64,000 nt of DNA from Chloroflexota bacterium (GTDB lineage Bacteria > Chloroflexota > Limnocylindria > QHBO01). Within the stretch, counting starts at the first letter, position 1. The number at the start of each line of letters is the position of its first letter. The notes under the pieces are model-generated. The model was not told where the DNA came from and searched no databases. It saw only the letters and a program-made list of their open reading frames with translations. Location of the stretch: contig QHBO01000043.1 of the NCBI GenBank assembly GCA_003243965.1, forward strand, positions 34,978 to 98,977, in the 5' to 3' direction. Positions 34,442-44,507 of this stretch are shown piece after piece. The position numbers and the translations under genes are program-made.

Positions 34442-34981
34442 GTGGCAAGAAAGGCTCGACCCTGGAAGGGCGCGCGGACGCCCCAGGCGCTGAAGCGTGT
34501 GCGCCAGGCGCTACGCCGTCACGCCATCAACCGCCGCACGCTGAGCGGTGCCAAGACGCTCGTGCAGCGCGCCTCGAACATCGCGCTCGGCCGCGCCGAG
34601 GGTGATGGCGCAGCCGCGATCGTGGCCGCGGTGAGCGCCCTGGACAAGGCTGCCGAGAAGGGAATCCTGCACCCGAACAATGCGGCCCGACGCAAGAGTC
34701 GGCTGATGCGCAAGGCGAACGCCGCGCACCTCCTCGACGAGCAGCCGACCGCCGCCGCGACGCCCAAACGGAAGACGACCGCCAGCAAGACCGCACAGCG
34801 CAAGAAGGTCGCGGCCGCCAAGGCCTCGAAGGCCGCTACCGGTCGGGCCGCGGATCGGCCGCGCACCGCCGCCGGCAAGGCCAAAGTGGCGGTCACGCGC
34901 GCGACGCGGGAGTCAGCCGCGGCGCGCCGCCGAACCAAGGGTGACGGCGGGAAGGCCACCGGAGACAGCTCCGAGGACTGA
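34442..34981 (+). CDS. rpsT: 30S ribosomal protein S20 with a ~90-aa Ala/Lys/Arg-rich C-terminal extension
   Basis: ALKRVRQALRRHAINRRTLSGAKT...LDKAAEKGILHPNNAARRKSRLMRK is the S20 fold (about 88 aa). It is followed by PKRKTTASKTAQRKKVAAAKASKAATGR...GKAKVAVTRATRES. GTG start. Confidence 0.88.
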   Translation: MARKARPWKGARTPQALKRVRQALRRHAINRRTLSGAKTLVQRASNIALGRAEGDGAAAIVAAVSALDKAAEKGILHPNNAARRKSRLMRKANAAHLLDEQPTAAATPKRKTTASKTAQRKKVAAAKASKAATGRAADRPRTAAGKAKVAVTRATRESAAARRRTKGDGGKATGDSSED

Positions 34982-34993
34982 GCCCGCCCCGCC

Positions 34994-38510
<3,517 letters not shown>

Positions 38511-39515
38511 TCAGGCCGATGCGCGCCGGTAGGCGGGATCGGCGATTCGCTCGTTGACGATCGGCAGCGCGCCGATCAGGGACACGTCATCACTGAATCG
38601 CGCGTGCTCGAGTCGCACGCGAGCCGCGGGGCGTGGAAACGACCGCTCGGCGATCTCGCGGCCCACCACCACGTGGAGCCGGGGGCGGTGCTCCGCGATG
38701 CTGCCGCCGAGCACGATCACCTCCGGGTTCAGCAGGTTGACCAGGCCGGCGCACATGGCGCCAACCGCGATGTAGGCGCGCTCGTAGATGGCTGCGCAGG
38801 CGGCGTCGCCGGAATCCGCGGCGTCGGCCACATCCCGGGCCGAGAGCTGCTGCGGGTCGCTGACGAGCGCTGCGAGCGTGGGCGACGCGCCCTGCTCCAG
38901 CAACGCCATCCCGTCGCGGCGAATGGCGATACCGGACCCGATCGCCTCGGCGTGGCCGCGCTGCCCATCGCCACACAGCGGCCCGTCGATGTCGACCGTC
39001 AGGTGCCCAACCTCGCCGGCGGTTCCGTCGAGACCGATCAGCGGGCGTGCATCGATCACGATTCCGCCGCCGATCCCGGTCGAGATGGTGACGTACACCA
39101 CCGTTCGTGCCCCCTGCGCCGCTCCGAACCGCCACTCGGCCATGACCGCCACGTTCGTATCGCGCTCCAGGAAGGTTGGCAGCCCGAGCCGCGCCGACAC
39201 CAGTCGGGCGAGTGGCACGTTGTGCCACGCCGCGAGGTTGGGCGGTGAGACGACCACGCCGGCCCACGGGTCGAGCGGGCCGGGGGCCGAGATCCCGATC
39301 CCGATCGGAGCCTCGAGGCCCTCGACGCGCGCCGCGGTGAGCGCCTCCGAGGCGAGGGCGCACAGCCGTTCGACGACGTCCTCGACGCCGCTCGCCGAGT
39401 CGGTCGGCACCGCGTGACGGCAGGAGACGGTCAGGTCAGCGGCGACGTGTGCAGCGCGGATCTGGGTGCCGCCGAGATCGATGGCCAGCACCGCTCGGCG
39501 GGGGGCGTGTTCCAC
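38511..39515 (-). CDS. ROK family sugar kinase (glucokinase-like, no N-terminal wHTH)
   Basis: AVLAIDLGGTQIR (the ATP-binding DxGxT) and the ROK body. The usual CxCGxxGCxE zinc motif is degenerate here (LCGDGQRGHAE). GTG start. Confidence 0.75.
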   Translation of the reverse strand: MEHAPRRAVLAIDLGGTQIRAAHVAADLTVSCRHAVPTDSASGVEDVVERLCALASEALTAARVEGLEAPIGIGISAPGPLDPWAGVVVSPPNLAAWHNVPLARLVSARLGLPTFLERDTNVAVMAEWRFGAAQGARTVVYVTISTGIGGGIVIDARPLIGLDGTAGEVGHLTVDIDGPLCGDGQRGHAEAIGSGIAIRRDGMALLEQGASPTLAALVSDPQQLSARDVADAADSGDAACAAIYERAYIAVGAMCAGLVNLLNPEVIVLGGSIAEHRPRLHVVVGREIAERSFPRPAARVRLEHARFSDDVSLIGALPIVNERIADPAYRRASA

Positions 39516-39522
39516 GCGGCCG

Positions 39523-39528
39523 ATTCTA
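39523..39528 (-). promoter_or_regulatory. Candidate -10 box (TAGAAT) 7 nt upstream of the ROK GTG (leaderless-type glycolytic operon)
   Basis: Minus strand reads TAGAAT cggccgc GTG, with no SD. Confidence 0.4.
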
Positions 39529-39683
39529 GCGACCGCGGCGGCGCTTCCCTGCCGGGTGCGCCGCGACCGGTAATGCAGGAGGCCGTCCGGCGGCCGATCC
39601 TCGCGGGGATGCGCGGCGTCCGGACGGCCCTCAACAGCCGGGGCGGGATGAGCGTCCCGCGGCTGAAGCGCAACGAGGCTCTG

Positions 39684-39827
39684 TCAGCCTCCGATCTTGA
39701 ACATCTTGGTCCCGCACACCGGGCACTGCCCCTCGGTCGCGGGCTTTCCGTTCTTCATGGTGATCTTGTTCTCGTTCTTCATCTCGCGCTTCGCCTTGCA
39801 CTTCACGCAGTAGGCCTGAGTCGCCAT
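39684..39827 (-). CDS. Small zinc-ribbon protein (47 aa), DUF5679-like
   Basis: Below the track cutoff. AAGGAGG lies 7-8 nt upstream of ATG 39827. My translation is MATQAYCVKCKAKREMKNENKITMKNGKPATEGQCPVCGTKMFKIGG (CxxC...CxxC). It overlaps the spurious 75-aa track ORF in another frame. Confidence 0.75.
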   Translation of the reverse strand: MATQAYCVKCKAKREMKNENKITMKNGKPATEGQCPVCGTKMFKIGG

Positions 39828-39880
39828 CGGTCAGTTGCCTCCTTTTTCCGACGCTCACGGCGTCGGCTCTGCGGTGACTG

Positions 39881-40807
39881 CTACCCGCCCCTCCGCCCGA
39901 TCAGGCTCGACCAGTGGGAATGGGGATCGGCGCCCCCAGGGCTCGTGTCGATCTCCCAGAGCAGGTGGATGCCGGCCAGTCCGGCGTCGATGCAGCGTGC
40001 CTCCGCGGCCTCCTTTGCCGCGCCCTCCACGAAGGTCCCGTTGGTTCGCTGGGCATAGGCGGCGCAGATCGTCCCGGATCGCAGGCCCGCCAGCCCCGCC
40101 AACACGAAGAGCGCTGACGATTCCATCTCGAGGTTCGCGACGCGCTGGCGCCGCAGCTCCTCCGCGAGGTCAGGATAACGAACCGGGAGCGTGTGCATCG
40201 CCCTTCCCTGCGGAGCGTAGAACCCCGAGGCGGTGGCGGTCAGTCCAACGTGGTGGCGATACCCCAGCTCTCGGCAGGCCGCCTCCAGCGCCCAGACCAC
40301 ATCGCGGTGCGCGACTGCGGGGTAACCGTCGTGCACGTAGAAGCTGGTCGTGTTCTCGAGGCGCACCGCACCGATCGAGATCACGAGGTCGCCGAGCTCG
40401 ATCTCCGGCTGCAGCGCCCCGGAGGACCCGATGCGCACGAACGTCGGCGCGTCCGTGATCGCCATCGCTTCGGCGAGCACGATCTCGACGTTGTCGGTCC
40501 CCATTCCGGTCGACATCACCGACAGGCGCATGTCGCCCATGCGGCCGGTGGCGGTGGTGATCTCCCGGTTGCTGCGTTCGAGCTCGACCGCGTCGAAGCG
40601 CGAGGCCACCTTGGGGACGCGACCCGGATCCCCAACGAGGAGGACGTACTCGGCAAGCTCACCGCGCTGCAGGTCGATGTGATACTCCCGCTCGCCTGAG
40701 TGCGGAGCATCGGCGCGCGAGGGATCTGGCACCGATGGATTCTCCTTGCGCGGCCGAGGGTCCGGACCGGCGGGAGTATACCCCTGCCTCTGACCTGGAA
40801 TCACCAT
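39881..40807 (-). CDS. Nucleoside phosphorylase (PNP/UDP family 1, about 308 aa)
   Basis: YVLLVGDPGRV...MSTGMGTDNVEIVL...RIGSSGAL...ANLEMESSALF is the family-1 nucleoside phosphorylase pattern. ATG 40807 / GTG 40804 overlap the stop (40801-40803) of the upstream LTD gene. Confidence 0.75.
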   Translation of the reverse strand: MVIPGQRQGYTPAGPDPRPRKENPSVPDPSRADAPHSGEREYHIDLQRGELAEYVLLVGDPGRVPKVASRFDAVELERSNREITTATGRMGDMRLSVMSTGMGTDNVEIVLAEAMAITDAPTFVRIGSSGALQPEIELGDLVISIGAVRLENTTSFYVHDGYPAVAHRDVVWALEAACRELGYRHHVGLTATASGFYAPQGRAMHTLPVRYPDLAEELRRQRVANLEMESSALFVLAGLAGLRSGTICAAYAQRTNGTFVEGAAKEAAEARCIDAGLAGIHLLWEIDTSPGGADPHSHWSSLIGRRGG

Positions 40808-43500
40808 GGCGGCGCCCGCTCCGGATCGTGGGCCGGGGAGACGAGCGTCAGGTCGGGCGATCCGACGGCTGCACTGGACGACGCTTCGGCATGCTTCGAG
40901 CCGAGGGCAGCTGGTCGTGCCTGCCATCTCGCCCGCAGTCTCGTCAGGGCGCCGGTCCGGGCGGCAAGCGCCGCCAGCAGTGCGAACGACGCGAGCGCCA
41001 GGCAGAGCGACACGATGGCGAGCCACGCGGGCCCGGGAGCCGCCGATGCCGTGCGCGTTGCCGACTGCGGAGCGCGGCTCGCCGCGGGCCGGCTGCTGCT
41101 GGACCGGCGAGTGACGAGCTGCGGGCGCGGCGCGCCCTGTCCGGAAGGTGGTGGCGACGGCGAGCCACCGGCCGCCACCCCGCCCGGCGTGCGCTCAGAT
41201 GCCGCCAACGGCCCCGAACTCGTGTGCCGCGGTCCTGCGGAGGTGGATCGAGTCCCGGACGGTGCTGCCGCAGGTCGGGCCCCGACCCGCAGATCGGCGG
41301 CGGCACGCAGCCAGAGCCGATACCCGCGTTCCGGCTGGCTGGCGGTGGTCTGCTGTCGGAGCGCGCCAACCAGCTCGACCATGGCGCCCCGGACGAGCCG
41401 CGGGTCGCGCAATCCGACTGCCGCCGGGACCGTGGCGCGCAGCTCGCCGGAGCCGTCGTCCACGCCGAAGCTAACCGAGCCGGTCGAGGCGCGGGTCGGC
41501 GAGGACGCAACGCGACCGATGACTCTCACCAGCCTGGCCTCGAGCGATTCGGCCGCGTCGCCGGTCGCAATGCGCGGCGCTGCCGGCTCACCGCGCCGTC
41601 CCAGCTGCCGGGGTTCGGTCACGACTCGGAGTGTCAGCATCCCCGCACGGGTCGAGCGCGTTCCTTCGACCTCGACCAGCTGCCCGCGTCGCAGCGCCCC
41701 GCCGACCGTCCCGAGGCGGAGCTCTATAGCGCCCGTGGCGTCCTGCACGATCGCGGTGGTGTCGTCCACGAGCCCCGGACCGAGCGTCACGACCCCCCGC
41801 AGCCGGACACGAGCGCCGGTCGGGAGGGCACGAGCCGCTCCGACGGTCACCAGCGGGGCGGAAGCCGGTGCCGCGGTCGGCGTGGCAGACGGAACAGCGG
41901 AGCGGCTGCCCGACGCGGCGGGGCTGCTGCTCGGGATCGGCGTGGGCGTCGTCTCCGGGGCAGGCGTGGGTGGCACCACGTCCAGCACATCGGCTGGGTC
42001 GCGAACCTGGAGCCGATAGCCGCTCGTTCCCGTTCCACTCGAATCCCGCTGACCGAGCACGCCGACGAGCTGCAGGTCGGCGCCGCGCACCCAGCCGGTC
42101 AGATCGATTCCGGTGCCGACGCCGACCACCACCCGGGCCTGCCCGGTGCCGTCGTCGATGCCGTAGGCAACGCCCCCGGAGAGCGACTCGGGTCCGGAGA
42201 CGATGATCCCGCGTGTCGCCACCAGCTGTCCCTCGAGGGCTTCGACGAGCTCCGATGTGGTGGCGCTGGTCGGCAACGGCTCGTCGGCCGGCGTCTCGGA
42301 GAGCAGCGTGACGCTCGCGGCGCGCAGCGTCCGTTGACGATAGCGGTCGCTGATCGTGCCGACCACCCGCAGGCGATAGCCGCGCGAGAACTGCGGGCCG
42401 CCGATGACCGCAATCCCGCCGGTCGGGTCGGCGAGGTACCCGCCCCCGTCGCTGAATGCGGAGTCCGTGAGGCTCACCCCGATGACCGTCACCTGGCTCC
42501 CGTCGGACAGCGCGCGGGCGTCCGCGATTGCCGTCACCGGCTCCGGCGTCGCGGACGGCGATGGGGTGGTCTCGCTGGACGGGACCGGACTGGGCGTGAC
42601 GGGAGGACTGGGCGCGACCGAAGGCGTCGTGGGTGGCGTCGAGCCATCCGCCGATGAGGGGTCGGAGGTCGGTGCCGGCAATGGGGACGGCGTCGGGCCG
42701 GGCGGACCCGTGTCACCCGGCGCGCTCGGAGCCGGGCTGCTCGGGACGGGCGCGCTTGGAGCCGCCGTGGCGGCTCCCGTCGTGGCGGACCGGGAGACGA
42801 CCGGCGTCGGCAGCGGCACGGCGCCAGCTGCGCCGTTCTCCGGCGCAGGAGTCTCGAGGACGTGGAAGTCGGCGAGGTTGTCGTCCGTGTCCTGCCTGCT
42901 CCCAGCCGCCCCTCCCGGCAATCGTTCGAGGCTGGCACCGGGCGGCGCGGCGGCGGCCGCGCTTCCCTCCCGCCACGCCGCCGCGGCGTTCCCCCAGCCC
43001 ACCGCGTCGACGGCTGAGCTCGCTCCCGCCACGCGGAGCGCGATGCTGCCGCCGGTCGCGGCCAGGCCGCCGGCATACAGCTGGTCGGCGATCGAGGCAT
43101 ACGTCCCCGCCTGGTTGGCAACCAGTAGGTGGCGCCCGGGAGGGACCACGGCGGCGCCGGTCGTCGGCCAGCCGACCTTGCGTGTCAGCGAGCTTCCGCC
43201 GGCCGTGACGTACACCAGCTCGAGGCCATCCAGCGCGAGGTCGCGCACCGTCGGGTTGAAGATCTCGACGAACTCGTCCGAGGCGCCGACAGCGCCCGTG
43301 ACCAGCTCGCTGATGACGAGGTGGTCGGGCTGAGCGGCGGACGCCGGCGGCCCCGGATCCGGGTACGCGGCCACCGGCCAGCCCACGGCGGCGGGACTGA
43401 CGGCGACTGCGGCCAGGATGGGCAGAAGCCAGCGGAAGCGCGGGACGGCGGACACGGCGAAACCTCCAATCGGCGGAGGCGTCGGCTGAGGATCGGACAT
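40801..43500 (-). CDS. Secreted, C-terminally membrane-anchored protein: lamin-tail domain plus a duplicated double-OB-like module (899 aa)
   Basis: Signal peptide after ATG 43500 (FRWLLPILAAVAVSPAAVG). LTD pattern HLVISELVTG...DEFVEIFNPT...IALR...VDAVGWG (about 42847-43329). Two P/S/T linkers. Two homologous ~190-aa modules (41977-42534 and 41284-41853). TM helix WLAIVSLCLALASFALLAALAA (40960-41028). The track N-terminal extension to 43896 is rejected. Confidence 0.7.
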   Translation of the reverse strand: MSDPQPTPPPIGGFAVSAVPRFRWLLPILAAVAVSPAAVGWPVAAYPDPGPPASAAQPDHLVISELVTGAVGASDEFVEIFNPTVRDLALDGLELVYVTAGGSSLTRKVGWPTTGAAVVPPGRHLLVANQAGTYASIADQLYAGGLAATGGSIALRVAGASSAVDAVGWGNAAAAWREGSAAAAAPPGASLERLPGGAAGSRQDTDDNLADFHVLETPAPENGAAGAVPLPTPVVSRSATTGAATAAPSAPVPSSPAPSAPGDTGPPGPTPSPLPAPTSDPSSADGSTPPTTPSVAPSPPVTPSPVPSSETTPSPSATPEPVTAIADARALSDGSQVTVIGVSLTDSAFSDGGGYLADPTGGIAVIGGPQFSRGYRLRVVGTISDRYRQRTLRAASVTLLSETPADEPLPTSATTSELVEALEGQLVATRGIIVSGPESLSGGVAYGIDDGTGQARVVVGVGTGIDLTGWVRGADLQLVGVLGQRDSSGTGTSGYRLQVRDPADVLDVVPPTPAPETTPTPIPSSSPAASGSRSAVPSATPTAAPASAPLVTVGAARALPTGARVRLRGVVTLGPGLVDDTTAIVQDATGAIELRLGTVGGALRRGQLVEVEGTRSTRAGMLTLRVVTEPRQLGRRGEPAAPRIATGDAAESLEARLVRVIGRVASSPTRASTGSVSFGVDDGSGELRATVPAAVGLRDPRLVRGAMVELVGALRQQTTASQPERGYRLWLRAAADLRVGARPAAAPSGTRSTSAGPRHTSSGPLAASERTPGGVAAGGSPSPPPSGQGAPRPQLVTRRSSSSRPAASRAPQSATRTASAAPGPAWLAIVSLCLALASFALLAALAARTGALTRLRARWQARPAALGSKHAEASSSAAVGSPDLTLVSPAHDPERAPPW

Positions 43501-43583
43501 CACCGGTGATCGGCCGCTTATCGGAGGCTTAGCGCGCCCGCTGAGCTCCCCTCTCACCGGCGGGGTCGAGCTCACCATTCGCG

Positions 43584-43589
43584 TACAAT
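43584..43589 (+). promoter_or_regulatory. Candidate -10 box (TACAAT) 8 nt upstream of ATG 43598 (leaderless-type)
   Basis: Read directly as tacaat cgccgccc ATG, with no SD. Confidence 0.4.
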
Positions 43590-43597
43590 CGCCGCCC

Positions 43598-44275
43598 ATG
43601 TCGACCCGAACCCCCCGCCGCGACGAGGCATCTCGTGCCGAGGCCCGTCGCCGCGCCCGGCTTGCCGCGCAGGGACGACTGGAGACCGACGTGCTCGACG
43701 ATGAGCCGCCGCCGACCCCGCCACAGCGACCGTCGGCCGGCTTCCTCGAGCGCATCCTGCCCGCCGCCCCGGCCCTCCCGAACCGCCCGGATCCGCTTGC
43801 GGGCTTTGAGCACCGCGGTTCGGCGCGTGCACATGGCCTGCGCTCCGGTCTTTGGCTCCTTCGTCGGCGGTTCGTGATCTGGATCCCGGCCGGCATCCTG
43901 TTCGGCCTCAGCTACCTCCTGTCCAACCTGTACCAGGGAACGGTGCTGAACCTGATCGCCACCGGAATCTCCTTCGCCGCGCTCATCGGCGCCGGCTGGT
44001 TCGGTTGGGAGCGCCCGTGGCTCTTCGGCCTGGCCGCCTCGGTGGTCGGCTACGCGCTGTATCTCGGAGGCGTGGTCTATCTGCTCGGAACGGGAGGGGG
44101 CGCGGGGAGCCTGAAGCTGCTGGCCACCGCCAGCTTTGCGCTGTATGTGATCACCACCGGCTTCTTCCAGCTCGTGCTCGGCCTCTTCGGCGGTTTCTAC
44201 GGCGGCTACATCCGGCGCCGGCTGGCGGCCCAGCGGCACGCGCAGCCGGCCCGCCGATCAACGCGCGGTCGCTGA
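43598..44275 (+). CDS. Hypothetical integral membrane protein (225 aa)
   Basis: Arg-rich cytoplasmic N-terminus followed by about four hydrophobic helices (FVIWIPAGILFGLSYLL..., ATGISFAALIGAGWFGW..., LFGLAASVVGYALYLGG..., ALYVITTGFFQLVLGLFGGF). No family recognised. Confidence 0.55.
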   Translation: MSTRTPRRDEASRAEARRRARLAAQGRLETDVLDDEPPPTPPQRPSAGFLERILPAAPALPNRPDPLAGFEHRGSARAHGLRSGLWLLRRRFVIWIPAGILFGLSYLLSNLYQGTVLNLIATGISFAALIGAGWFGWERPWLFGLAASVVGYALYLGGVVYLLGTGGGAGSLKLLATASFALYVITTGFFQLVLGLFGGFYGGYIRRRLAAQRHAQPARRSTRGR

Positions 44276-44507
44276 CCCAAACCGGTGCTGGGCCGGACGG
44301 GGTGGCACGGCCCCTGCTACCGAGGCCCGTGGCAAATCGAACGACAGACCTGACCGTCGACGCTTCGGACGGCCCCGTCGCCGACGGAAGCTCGGGCCTG
44401 AGGTGGCATTTCTCGGTCGTCGGAGCGTCGCGGTCAGCGTTCGGTGCCGTAAGAGAGTCGCCGCGGTGGCCGGGGCCCTCCGTCCCGATCGCCGCGGCGC
44501 GCTCTTT

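Noticed and set aside
39631-39858. 75-aa minus-strand track ORF
   Set aside because: No RBS and a junk-like charged sequence. The overlapping 47-aa zinc-ribbon frame has a perfect AAGGAGG RBS and a recognisable fold pattern.
40735-42657. 640-aa plus-strand track ORF, plus several 100-300-aa ORFs in the same region
   Set aside because: Antisense to the LTD/OB protein gene. The sequence is Arg/Gly-rich junk, whereas the minus-strand frame has a signal peptide, domain repeats and a TM anchor.
42535-42801. Repetitive-looking DNA (P/S/T linker of the LTD gene, and the 12-nt repeat in dnaE2) as a possible CRISPR or VNTR array
   Set aside because: The repeats are short, in frame and inside coding sequence, with no unique spacers of CRISPR size and no cas genes. 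They are better explained as low-complexity protein linkers.
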